Positions 31,301-39,358 of a DNA stretch of 64,000 nucleotides are shown here, piece after piece. Within the stretch, counting starts at the first letter, position 1; every line of letters begins with the position of its first letter. A model generated the notes under the pieces. The model had not been told where the DNA came from. It did no database searches and saw only the letters and a program-made list of their open reading frames with translations. Source of the DNA: an uncultured Gammaproteobacteria bacterium (GTDB lineage Bacteria; Patescibacteriota; Microgenomatia; Levybacterales; UBA12049); NCBI GenBank assembly GCA_965230895.1, contig OZ246394.1:1441887-1505886 (forward strand), given 5' to 3'. A program made the position numbers and the translations under genes.

Positions 31301-34300
31301 ACTGGAAATGGCCAAAATGTCACTGGCTTGAACAATCTTTCAGCTGGTGGAACGATCACATTTGGTGGACTTTCTACAGGAGTCGTCAAGAGCAACGGTT
31401 CAGGCGTTCTTTCATCAAGTGCGATTGGCTTAAATACAGGCGATGTTACGGGAACACTTCCAGTTGGCAATGGTGGAACTGGCCAAACAAGCTTCACAAC
31501 CAACGGAGTAGTATATGGTAATGGTTCAAGTGCGTTGTCCGTAACATCCGCACCAACTGGTGGACAAGTACTTCTCGGGAACAACTCCGGAGTTCCAACA
31601 TTCACCACTATTTCAGGTGGTGTAACTATTAGTAATACTGGTGTTGCAACGATTGCATTATCATCTTCAGGCGATACCGGTAATACAAGTTCAAACTCAG
31701 GATTGGAATTCAATACAACTGATGGATTATCACTCCTTAGAGGTTGTGCAAATGACGAAATCCTTAAATGGAATGATTCCTCAAAGACATGGGTATGTGC
31801 GACTGATGCTGGTGGTTCTGGATCTGCTGGTACTATTAATGTTCAGAATAATGAAGTTGGGATTGGATCCAATGTCGATACAATTGACTTTGGTACAGAC
31901 TTTACTGTCGCAGCATCTCCATCAAATGAAGCAAATGTCTCAATCGCTGATGATGTCTTGGATTTCTCAGAATTCATCGACAACATGACATTGGATGCAA
32001 ATACAAGCATTGCTACAGCGAACTTTAACTTAACACTCGGAACAAACGCTGGGACAGGCGGAGTCGTTGTTTCTCCAAATGCAGGTGGTAATGCAGCCTT
32101 GATCGTTAACAAGCAGGGAACAGGTGATATCTTCACGGCTTCTGCTTCAGGTACAACCCGATTGACCTTGAGCAATTCTGGTAACTTAAATATTGTTGGT
32201 GGTAGTTATCAAATTGGTGGTACAAATGTTTTGAGTAGTAGCACCCTTGGATCAGGTGTCATAGCTTCTTCTTTGACAAGTGTTGGGGCATTGAACTCCG
32301 GTTCAATAACTTCAGGCTTTGGAGCAATTGATACAGGAACTGATGCTATCTCTGGTGGAGACATCACTGCAACTGGAACGACTGGCTTTACCGCTTCTGG
32401 TAACGGCGCAGGTCTCACATTCTCAGGAACAGGTAACCATTCAATTTCAGCTTCAGCTGGAACCTTGCAGTTGGGCGCAACCACATTGACCGGAGCAATC
32501 ACAGGAAATGGTCAAAATGTTACAGGTTTGAACAATTTCTCAGCTGGCGGAACGGTAACCTTTGGAGGATTTACAACCGATGGCGGCTTACTCTACACAA
32601 ATGGTTCAGGCGTTCTCGCTCAGACATCTGCGGGGACAGGCGGACAATGTTTGGTCTCCAACGGTGGTGGCGCACCAACATGGGGAGCATGTGCTGGTGG
32701 TTTGGCTAATTATTGGAATTTAGCAAATGGTGTTATTACACCACAGAATTCAACTGTTGATTTCTTAATTGGTGGCCAAGCTACAAGTTCAGCAAAGTTC
32801 GCTGTCTTAAATGTTAATTCAGGAACACCAACAGCATCTGTCTCAGCTGGAGCGACAGGTGGTCTTTCAATCGCAGCAGATGGCACAATTGGCACAACAA
32901 ATCGACAATCATTAACTCTTGGTAACAGTTCAACAGGTAATATCGTCTTGAATGGATTTGGAGCTGGTATCGTTAAGACCACTGCTTCAGGTGTACTCTC
33001 AAGTTCAGCACTTAATTTAGCTTCAGCAGAAGTTACTGGTACACTTGGTGTCGGCAATGGTGGAACTGGCCAAACAAGCTTCACAACAAATGGCGTTGTC
33101 TACGGAAATGGTTCAAGTGCGTTGTCTGTAACCTCTGCGCCAACTGGCGGCCAAATCTTGATGGGCAATAACTCTGGAGTTCCTACATTCACAACCGTTT
33201 CAGGTGGCCTTACCTTGAGTGATACAGGCGTTGCTTCAATTGTCTTAACTTCATCAAACGATACTGCGAACACGAGCTCTAATTCAGGACTGGAGTTCAG
33301 TACAGCAAATGGCTTGTCATTGCTTCGGGGATGCAACAATGGCCAGATCTTGAAATGGAATGAAACTTCAAAGCTTTGGGAATGTGGTTCTGACGCTGGT
33401 GGAACCGGTGGCCCTGCAGGTGTTGTCAATGTTGAGAACAATGACTCAGGTGTTGGTACAGATGTTGATACCATTGATTTCAGTTCAGATTTCTTGGTCA
33501 CAGCATCTCCATCAACAGAAGCAAATGTTTCAATTGCTGATGATGTTATTGACTTCACAGAACTTGCTGATAGCTTGAGCCTTGATGCTGCAACACAAAT
33601 TGCCTTAAATAACTTCAACCTCACACTCGGAACAAACGCTGGTACAGGTGGAGTTATTGTTGCTCCAAATGCTGGCGGCAATGCTGCATTAATCATCAAC
33701 AAGCAGGGGACAGGCGACATCTTTACAGCTTCAGCTTCAGGTACCACTCGATTGGCTTTGACAAATAGTGGAGACTTGAACATCATCGGTGGCGCATATC
33801 AGATTGGTGGTACAAGTGTCTTGAGTAGTAACACGCTTGGTTCAGGTGTAGTTAATTCATCTTTGACAAGTGTTGGTGCATTGAACTCCGGTTCAATAAC
33901 TTCAGGCTTTGGAGCAATTGATACAGGTACAGATAATATCTCCGGAGGCAATCTCACTGCTACAGGAACGACTGGTTTCATCGCTTCAGGCAATGGTGCA
34001 GGTTTGACATTCTCAGGCACAGGCAATCATGACATCACAGCATCTGGTGGTACACTCCGATTGGGTGCAGCGACATTGACTGGGGCAATCACAGGAAACG
34101 GTCAAAATGTCACTGGTATTGCGAACCTGGGTGCAACCGGAACTGTAACCTTTGGCAGCTTCACAACAGATGGTGGTTTGCTCTACACAAATGGTTCAGG
34201 CGTAGTCGCACAAACTGCACAAGGCACAGCTGGTCAATGTCTTCTCTCAAATGCAGGTGGCGCACCAACATGGGGTTCATGTACTGGCGGCTTAGCTAAT

Positions 34301-37300
34301 TATTGGAACCAAAATAACGGTGCATTGTCTGCAATGAATTCTACCGTTGATTTGCTTGTCGGTGGACAATCATCCGCTTCAGCAAAGTTTGCTGTCTTGA
34401 ATGTTAACTCAGGAACACCAACAGCATCTGTATCAGCTGGAGCAACTGGTGGTATCTCAATTGCAGCGGATGGAACAATCGGTACAACAGCCCGCCAATC
34501 ACTTACACTTGGCAATAGCACCACAGGCAACATTGTCTTAAATGGATTTGGAGCTGGCATAGTGAAGACCAGTGCTTCAGGCGTTCTTTCATCAAGTGCG
34601 ATCGGTTTGAATACAGCGGATGTCACTGGTACCTTGCCAGTTGGTAATGGTGGTACTGGAGCAACATCGTTTACAGCCGGTGGTGTCCTTTATGGAAATG
34701 GTTCAAGTGCAGTAGCAGCTTCTTCTCAAGGAACAGCTGGCCAAGCATTACTCTCCGGCGGTACTGGCGCACCAACATGGACAACTGGGACACTTTCACT
34801 CGCTGGTAATTTCACAACGGCAGGTGCAAATGCTTTGACACTTACCACAACTGGCGCAACAAATGTCACGCTTCCAACCACCGGAACGCTTGCCACATTG
34901 GCTGGTACTGAGACGCTCAGTGGTAAGACACTCACTGCTCCACGAATTGCAAATGGTGGATTCATCGCTGACGCCAATGGTAATGAACAATTGATCTTCA
35001 ATACAACAGCATCAGCAATCAACGAATTAACGCTCACCAATGCAGCGGCAAGTGGTGTCGTTACCCTCGCTGCAACAGGCGGTGACACTAATATTCCATT
35101 TGCAATCGATGCAAAGGGGACGGGAGAACTTAGATTGAATGGAACCGGAACTGGTAACATATTGCTTGGTGGTGGATTCGGATCAACAGGTTGTACGCTT
35201 ACAAATTCATCTGGAGCATTTGCATGTAACGGCGCAATCACAGGTTCAAATATCTCTGGTTCAACTTCAGGAACCAACACTGGTGATCAGACAATTACCT
35301 TGACTGGTGATGTCACGGGAAGTGGTACAGGTTCATTTGCGACAACAATCGCGGACAATTCAGTCGATGGTACAGATATTGCACTAGGCTCAGATACTGC
35401 GGGTGATTTAATGTACTACAACGGAACTGATTGGGTCCGATTAGCTGCAGGTACTGGAAACCAAGTGTTGCATTCCGGTTCAACACCATCTTGGGGTGCA
35501 CTTGATTTGACGACTCAAGTGACAGGAACTCTTCCAATTGCCAATGGCGGTACAAATTCAACTGCGACACCAACCAATGGTGGTATCGCATATGGTACTG
35601 GCACAGCATTTGCCTTTACTTCTGCCGGAACCGGTGGACAATGTCTCCAATCAAATGGAGCCGCTGCACCGACATGGGGAACTTGTACAGGAGGATTGGC
35701 TAACTACTGGAATCTCTCAAATGGTACTTTGGCCCCAGTAAATACAACACTTGATCTTTTGGTAGGTGGGACAAGTTCATCTTCAGCGAAATTTGCAGTT
35801 TTGAATGTTAATTCAGGAACACCAACAGCGTCAGTCTCAGCTGGTTCAGCTGGCGCAGCATACTTAACAGCAGCTGGTGCATTGCAAACGACTGCAAATC
35901 AAACACTCTCTCTTGGTGGTAACACAACTGGCAACATAGTCTTGAATGGTGATGGCAGTGATCGAGTCGGTGTTGGTGTTTCAACTCCAGTTGCTATGTT
36001 TAATATTGGTGAATACTCAGATTCTGTTGTTTCTCTTGCTCTTGGAAACGATGCAAATGCAGCTAATTATGGTTTAGCTGCGTTCAATAATAACTTAAAG
36101 CTTGTTGCTCCTTCAGGATTTAGATTTATGACAGGCACACCAGGTGGAACTGAAGTAATGACTATCACTGGAGGTAATTTGGGTGTTGGAGTAACTTCTC
36201 CAACCGCAAAGCTTGATGTTAACGGAGCAGCATCCGTCTCAGGTTCATTAACCTTCCGAACTGGAGCAGGCACAATTCAAACGACTGCAAATAACACATT
36301 AACGCTTGGTGGTAATACAACAGGAAACATCGTCTTCAACCCATTGAACGGAGCAGGCACAGTCCGAATCACATCGTTGGCTAACTGTAACACGATTGAT
36401 ACTGACGCAAATGGTGTTCTCTCCTGTGGAACTGATGAGAGTGGTGGAGTTCAGAACTACTGGAATCTTTCAAATGGAGCACTCTCTCCAGTCAATAGTA
36501 CCGCTGATCTTTTAGTTGGTGGGGCAGCTTCATCATCAGCAAAGTTTGCAGTTCTGAATGTGAACTCAGGTACACCAACAGCATCTGTATCAGCTGGTTC
36601 AGCAGGCGGTGCATCATTAACAGCAACCGGTGTCCTGGGGACAACAGCGCGCCAATCCTTAACGTTGGGTAACAGTACAACCGGTAACATCGTCTTGAAT
36701 GGATTCACGACTGGCGTGGTAAAGAGCAATGCTTCAGGCGTTCTTTCATCAAGTGCAATCGGTTTGAATACAGCGGATGTCACTGGTACCTTGCCAGTTG
36801 GTAATGGTGGTACTGGAGCAACATCGTTTACAGCCGGTGGTGTCCTTTATGGAAATGGTTCAAGTGCAGTAGCAGCTTCAACACAAGGTACAAGTGGGCA
36901 AGTGCTTCTTTCCGGAGGGACAGGCGCTCCAACATGGACAACTGGTACATTGACCTTGGCGGGCAATTTCAGTACATCAGGTGCAAATGCATTGACGCTT
37001 ACAACAACAGGTGCAACTAATGTGACTTTGCCTACAACTGGTACATTGGCAACGCTTGCTGGTACAGAAACACTCAGTGGTAAGACACTCACAGCGCCAC
37101 GATTTGTAAATGGTGGATTCATCGCTGATGCCAATGGCAATGAACAATTAATCTTTAATACGACAGCATCAGCAATCAATGAATTGACGTTAACGAATGC
37201 CGCTGCTAGTGGAGTTGTCACTTTGGCAGCAACAGGTGGAGACACCAACATTCCATTCGCAATTGATGCAAAGGGGACGGGAGAACTCCGATTGAATGGA

Positions 37301-39358
37301 ACAGGAACCGGTAATATCTTGCTTGGTGGTGGATTCGGCTCAACAGGGTGTACGCTTACAAATTCATCTGGAGCATTTGCATGTAATGGAGCGATCACAG
37401 GTTCAAACATTTCTGGTTCAACTTCTGGAACAAATACTGGCGACCAGACGATCACGTTAACAGGAGACGTTACTGGATCAGGCACAGGATCTTTTGGTAC
37501 AACCATTGCAGATAATGCTGTTGATGGTACAGACATCTCACTTGCTTCTGAGGCACAAGGCAATATCATGTACTTCGATGGAACTGATTGGGTACGATTG
37601 GCAAATGGTACAGGCAATCAAGTGCTTCACTCCGGTACAACTCCATCATGGGGAGCAGTGGATCTCACAACTCAAGTTACTGGGACACTTCCAATCGCAA
37701 ATGGTGGTACAAATTCAACAGCAACTCCAACCAATGGCGGAATCGCTTATGGAACTGGAACTGCATTTGCATTCACAAGTGCAGGAAGCGGTGGACAATG
37801 TCTCCAATCAAATGGAGCAGCAGCTCCAACATGGGGATCATGTGGCGGTGGTATTTCAAATTACTGGAATATCAACCAAGGCACAATTGCTCCTGTAAAT
37901 ACAACACTCGACTTGTTGGTTGGTGGCACAAGTTCATCATCAGCGAAGTTTGCAGTATTGGGCATAAATTCAGGCACACCAACAGCATCTGTTTCAGCAA
38001 CAGCTTCAGGCAATGGACTCTCACTTGGTGGCGATGCAGTGATCCAGTCACTTCGAAATAACACATTAACTATCGGTGGAAATACGACTGGCAACATCAC
38101 ATTGTCACCTTTGAATGGAAGTGGTACAGTCACTTCAACTGGCGATCTTAACCTCGCTACTGGTAAAGTATTCCAGATTAATGGAGCATCAGTTCTCTCA
38201 TCAACAACCCTTGGTACAAGTGTCGTATCATCATCTCTTACAACAGTTGGAGCTTTGAATGCAGGTTCAATTACATCCGGATTTGGAGCAATTGATGTCG
38301 GCTCAGATAACATTGCTGGAGGAGACATCACTGCAAGTGGAACTACTGGTTACATCGCTTCAGGCAACGGTGCTGGCTTAAACTTCTCAGGAGCAAGTAC
38401 CCATACAATTCAAGCGTCAGCAGGTACATTGCAGATCAACGCTTTCACCATGGGTGGAGCAATTACAGGGGGAGGAAATAACATCACTGGCCTTGGGCAG
38501 CTTACTGTTGATAACTTAAGACTTGATGGAAACACATTAGATACAACTTCTGGTGATCTTACAATTGCAGCAAGTGGTGGTGATATCATCTTCTCAGATA
38601 CAAATACACTTAATATTGGTGGCAATGTTTCAGACGTTGCATACAATATCATTGGCGACACTATCTCAGGTGCAAATGGAAATATGAATTCAGACGATGA
38701 TTTGTTCGTCGAAGGAGATTTGCAAGTTGCTGGTACACTCTTTGCGAATGTCACAACAGGTTTGGCTGCAAATTCACTCGTCTTCACTGGAACCAATGGT
38801 GTGCTTTCTGTTGATAGCTCTAACTTCTCAGTGAATAACACAACCAAGAGAATTGGTATTGGTACAAATTCACCTTTGGCATCGCTTGATGTTCGAGCAA
38901 CTTCTGGTACTGTGCCAGCAGCATCAGTTTCAGGTACAACTGCAATGGCAGCAATGATCGTCGATAATAATGGTGTAGGTGATCTCTTCACAGCAAGTAA
39001 GTCTGGTGCAACGAAGTTCGTAGTCACAAATGCAGGGAGAGTTGGTATTGGGACAGGGACACCATCAACGACTGCATTACTTGATGTTGAAGGACAGATT
39101 CAATCAAGTGAATTACAACTGACATCAGGAGGAGTAATCGGATGGAATTATTACAATAATGGACTTGATCGATACCTCGCAACAGGAGAAGCATTCCAAT
39201 GGTGGCAGAATGGAGCAAACCTTAACCTTATGTCAGCAGGGAGTGGAGCAGCAAACAGTCAGATCGTCTTCAAGACAGCAATGACTATCAATGCAAGCGG
39301 CAATGTCGTCGTAAACAATGATGGTAACGCACAGGATTTCCAGGTTAAAAGGAGATAA
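25319..39358 (+). CDS. Giant surface protein 1, part 1: N-terminal MerR-type HTH, one TM helix, about 4,500 aa of nested tandem G/T/S/N-rich repeats. The ORF-track start at 25289 is a TTG; the ATG at 25319 matches the start context of paralog 2.
   Basis: LTIQEAAKLLGVSPTTLRRWEERKVLLPYRTAGNQRRYSREQL fits the MerR HTH pattern (TLRxWE..G.L.P.R...G.R.Y). TM LSPMAGVFAALVVFVGFVLAASLAP. Long uninterrupted frame. Paralogous to 45391.. and 54607.. Confidence 0.85.
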   Translation: MNESLLTIQEAAKLLGVSPTTLRRWEERKVLLPYRTAGNQRRYSREQLLAFKKNGYRPVQMASVAPSDAPKVNEPIVTPMHQAQASVDQLITPQSPVQTTANPILVTQTQNEANVQVSDIVSQAQERVVSGYKMPSRLPNVRELSPMAGVFAALVVFVGFVLAASLAPTWGEDLDRLGKGFPRDGASAQQVLAANDNTPLFVLKVNVPSVFGKKASFLDSVDISKGLTVGGVATMSGGIITNNADINAGTGRLTASNVVYSVLAGNNISITGDPQNPTISADFGGGVVSSFQGQSGAVSLLQGSGIGLDGLTITNTGVLSVQGQSGAVNFTGGAGITLNNLTITNSDPGSAQKIFSTFNIDGTPVAASSNTDTFNFAAGSGITLSTNTTDKILTISANGGATSQWTTTGSDIYYNLGNVGIGNSAPGTTLDVTGDGRFSGTLTVSGLSTGIVKADGSGLLSTSALNLAGGASEITGVLPVANGGTGLSSIPTNGQLLIGNGTDYTLGNLTGTVNQITISNGAGSITFSTPQDIHTAASPTFATMNLTNSTNQLVFGTGTTGTISMDPLTTNRTYTFPDASGTVCLTSGNCSGGGGGGISGAGTTNYIAKFTSSSGISDSSIYDNGKVGIGTTSPEGLLTVSGGPAGKALAVFNYTGSGQNILTASASGTTRLTINSSGDLNIIGGAYQINGTSVLTSNTLGSGIVNSSLTSVGALDSGSITAGFGNINVGMDSISGGDITSVGPVGFVSTGNGAGLSFSGTGNHDITASSGVLRLGAVTLTGALTGNGQNVTGLNNLSAGGTVTFGGLGTGIVQSNGSGVLSSGALNLAGGASYVTGVLPVTNGGTGLNSFNTGDLIFASASNTLAALPIGTEGQVLAVSGAGTPTWISTGTLNYWQRANGALAPLNISDDLLVGGVSTASAKFQIFGISGNASTSGTFTFNTAGVIQSTNNHGITIGGSTTGNITLSPQNGSGTVTSTGNLNLLSGKVYQINGSNVLTSSTLGSSVTASSLTSVGTLTGGSIASGFGTIATANTITGTTLNGTTGINTGAGGGTQRIDTSGNLTNIGTTQLNGITYTWPGSAGGSNNVLTSDGSGGLSWNDVTTLPGVGDITAIGDVLSGPAFTAGGTQGTSLYFYDADGRGQLTIANLTAARTYTLPDASGTICLDSGNCAGSGGGIVGTGTAGQLAFFNGTGTITSETSGFAWDATNKKLGIGTDTPTGKLTVSGAAAGKALAIFDELGDQDIFSASASGITQLRLARNGDLAIEGMLSDLTQNALTVNDNLNLVSGNAFQINGTNVLSSSTLGSGVVSSSLTSVGALSSGSIANGFGSIFTSNTIQGSDITASGTTGFTASGNGAGLTFSGTGNHSISASSGTLQIGAATLTGDLTGNSQSIVGVNNLSASGTITFGGLSTGIVKSNGSGILSSSAVNLASGDITGTLGVANGGTGITSVGGAGGVAYSNGSTFAFTAAGLSGQVLVSNGTGAPSWTDPSTLGTNYWQRNSGLLAPLNIADDLAVGGSSTGSAKFQIFGGTGNASTSGTLTFNTAGTIQTTNNQTLTFGGASTGNIVFSPLNGAGTVLVNGSMNLSSGNTYQINGTTVLSATTLGTGVVNSSLTNVGILTGGSIASGFGTIATANTITGTTINGTTGINTGAGAGTQRITNNGNLVNIGTTQLNGVTYTWPSADGSSDYVLTTDSSGGLTWKNVTSVGGAGDITAIGDVTSGAAFTAAGTQGTSLYFYDTDGRGQVTIANLTAPRTYTLPDASGTVCLDSGNCAGSGGGLTGSGTAGQVAFFNGTGTLTSETSGFAWDATNKKLGIGTNTPTGKLTVSGGATGKALAVFDETGDQDIITASASGTTQFVLNRNGNLAIEGQLSDLSQNTLTVNDNLNLTTGNEFQINSASILSASTLGSSVINSSLTSVGALTSGSIASGFGTILTTNTIQGSDITASGATGFTASGNGAGLTFSGTGNHIVSASSGTLQFGAATLTGAITGNGQNVTGLNNLSAGGTITFGGLSTGVVKSNGSGVLSSSAIGLNTGDVTGTLPVGNGGTGQTSFTTNGVVYGNGSSALSVTSAPTGGQVLLGNNSGVPTFTTISGGVTISNTGVATIALSSSGDTGNTSSNSGLEFNTTDGLSLLRGCANDEILKWNDSSKTWVCATDAGGSGSAGTINVQNNEVGIGSNVDTIDFGTDFTVAASPSNEANVSIADDVLDFSEFIDNMTLDANTSIATANFNLTLGTNAGTGGVVVSPNAGGNAALIVNKQGTGDIFTASASGTTRLTLSNSGNLNIVGGSYQIGGTNVLSSSTLGSGVIASSLTSVGALNSGSITSGFGAIDTGTDAISGGDITATGTTGFTASGNGAGLTFSGTGNHSISASAGTLQLGATTLTGAITGNGQNVTGLNNFSAGGTVTFGGFTTDGGLLYTNGSGVLAQTSAGTGGQCLVSNGGGAPTWGACAGGLANYWNLANGVITPQNSTVDFLIGGQATSSAKFAVLNVNSGTPTASVSAGATGGLSIAADGTIGTTNRQSLTLGNSSTGNIVLNGFGAGIVKTTASGVLSSSALNLASAEVTGTLGVGNGGTGQTSFTTNGVVYGNGSSALSVTSAPTGGQILMGNNSGVPTFTTVSGGLTLSDTGVASIVLTSSNDTANTSSNSGLEFSTANGLSLLRGCNNGQILKWNETSKLWECGSDAGGTGGPAGVVNVENNDSGVGTDVDTIDFSSDFLVTASPSTEANVSIADDVIDFTELADSLSLDAATQIALNNFNLTLGTNAGTGGVIVAPNAGGNAALIINKQGTGDIFTASASGTTRLALTNSGDLNIIGGAYQIGGTSVLSSNTLGSGVVNSSLTSVGALNSGSITSGFGAIDTGTDNISGGNLTATGTTGFIASGNGAGLTFSGTGNHDITASGGTLRLGAATLTGAITGNGQNVTGIANLGATGTVTFGSFTTDGGLLYTNGSGVVAQTAQGTAGQCLLSNAGGAPTWGSCTGGLANYWNQNNGALSAMNSTVDLLVGGQSSASAKFAVLNVNSGTPTASVSAGATGGISIAADGTIGTTARQSLTLGNSTTGNIVLNGFGAGIVKTSASGVLSSSAIGLNTADVTGTLPVGNGGTGATSFTAGGVLYGNGSSAVAASSQGTAGQALLSGGTGAPTWTTGTLSLAGNFTTAGANALTLTTTGATNVTLPTTGTLATLAGTETLSGKTLTAPRIANGGFIADANGNEQLIFNTTASAINELTLTNAAASGVVTLAATGGDTNIPFAIDAKGTGELRLNGTGTGNILLGGGFGSTGCTLTNSSGAFACNGAITGSNISGSTSGTNTGDQTITLTGDVTGSGTGSFATTIADNSVDGTDIALGSDTAGDLMYYNGTDWVRLAAGTGNQVLHSGSTPSWGALDLTTQVTGTLPIANGGTNSTATPTNGGIAYGTGTAFAFTSAGTGGQCLQSNGAAAPTWGTCTGGLANYWNLSNGTLAPVNTTLDLLVGGTSSSSAKFAVLNVNSGTPTASVSAGSAGAAYLTAAGALQTTANQTLSLGGNTTGNIVLNGDGSDRVGVGVSTPVAMFNIGEYSDSVVSLALGNDANAANYGLAAFNNNLKLVAPSGFRFMTGTPGGTEVMTITGGNLGVGVTSPTAKLDVNGAASVSGSLTFRTGAGTIQTTANNTLTLGGNTTGNIVFNPLNGAGTVRITSLANCNTIDTDANGVLSCGTDESGGVQNYWNLSNGALSPVNSTADLLVGGAASSSAKFAVLNVNSGTPTASVSAGSAGGASLTATGVLGTTARQSLTLGNSTTGNIVLNGFTTGVVKSNASGVLSSSAIGLNTADVTGTLPVGNGGTGATSFTAGGVLYGNGSSAVAASTQGTSGQVLLSGGTGAPTWTTGTLTLAGNFSTSGANALTLTTTGATNVTLPTTGTLATLAGTETLSGKTLTAPRFVNGGFIADANGNEQLIFNTTASAINELTLTNAAASGVVTLAATGGDTNIPFAIDAKGTGELRLNGTGTGNILLGGGFGSTGCTLTNSSGAFACNGAITGSNISGSTSGTNTGDQTITLTGDVTGSGTGSFGTTIADNAVDGTDISLASEAQGNIMYFDGTDWVRLANGTGNQVLHSGTTPSWGAVDLTTQVTGTLPIANGGTNSTATPTNGGIAYGTGTAFAFTSAGSGGQCLQSNGAAAPTWGSCGGGISNYWNINQGTIAPVNTTLDLLVGGTSSSSAKFAVLGINSGTPTASVSATASGNGLSLGGDAVIQSLRNNTLTIGGNTTGNITLSPLNGSGTVTSTGDLNLATGKVFQINGASVLSSTTLGTSVVSSSLTTVGALNAGSITSGFGAIDVGSDNIAGGDITASGTTGYIASGNGAGLNFSGASTHTIQASAGTLQINAFTMGGAITGGGNNITGLGQLTVDNLRLDGNTLDTTSGDLTIAASGGDIIFSDTNTLNIGGNVSDVAYNIIGDTISGANGNMNSDDDLFVEGDLQVAGTLFANVTTGLAANSLVFTGTNGVLSVDSSNFSVNNTTKRIGIGTNSPLASLDVRATSGTVPAASVSGTTAMAAMIVDNNGVGDLFTASKSGATKFVVTNAGRVGIGTGTPSTTALLDVEGQIQSSELQLTSGGVIGWNYYNNGLDRYLATGEAFQWWQNGANLNLMSAGSGAANSQIVFKTAMTINASGNVVVNNDGNAQDFQVKRR
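25328..25480 (+). other. MerR-type helix-turn-helix domain at the cytoplasmic N-terminus of giant protein 1 (equivalents at about 45400-45550 and about 54616-54760)
   Basis: TIQEAAKLLGVSPTTLRRWEERKVLLPYRTAGNQRRYSREQLL fits the MerR/HTH_17 pattern. Conserved in all three paralogs and immediately followed by about 100 aa of linker and one TM helix. Confidence 0.7.
34589..35840 (+). repeat. Near-identical 1.25-kb segment, copy A (pairs with 36746..37995; offset 2157 nt, 719 codons)
   Basis: Long runs of identical nucleotides, e.g. tcatcaagtgc.atcggtttgaatacagcggatgtcactggtaccttgccagttggtaatggtggtactggagcaacatcgtttacagccggtggtgtcctttatggaaatggttcaagtgcagtagcagcttc in both copies. Confidence 0.85.
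36746..37995 (+). repeat. Near-identical 1.25-kb segment, copy B
   Basis: See copy A. Protein identity is above 95% over about 415 aa. Confidence 0.85.

Larger units (their letters stand above)
26600..38900 (+). repeat. In-frame nested tandem protein-coding repeats inside giant gene 1: about 1.8-kb unit x2 (about 28000-31420), about 1.59-kb unit x2 (31420-34650, offset exactly 1587 nt), about 2.16-kb unit x2 (34589-38900)
   Basis: Recurrent landmarks (NYWQR..., SSSAIGLNTxDVTGTLPVGNGGTG, GGLANYWN) at regular offsets. Nucleotide-level identity is visible between units. Confidence 0.8.

Noticed and set aside
26600-38900. Possibility that the regular repeats are a CRISPR array or noncoding satellite
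   Set aside because: The units are 1.2-2.2 kb, maintain one open reading frame for more than 14 kb, and diverge mainly at synonymous or conservative positions. They are protein-coding tandem duplications, not CRISPR or satellite DNA.
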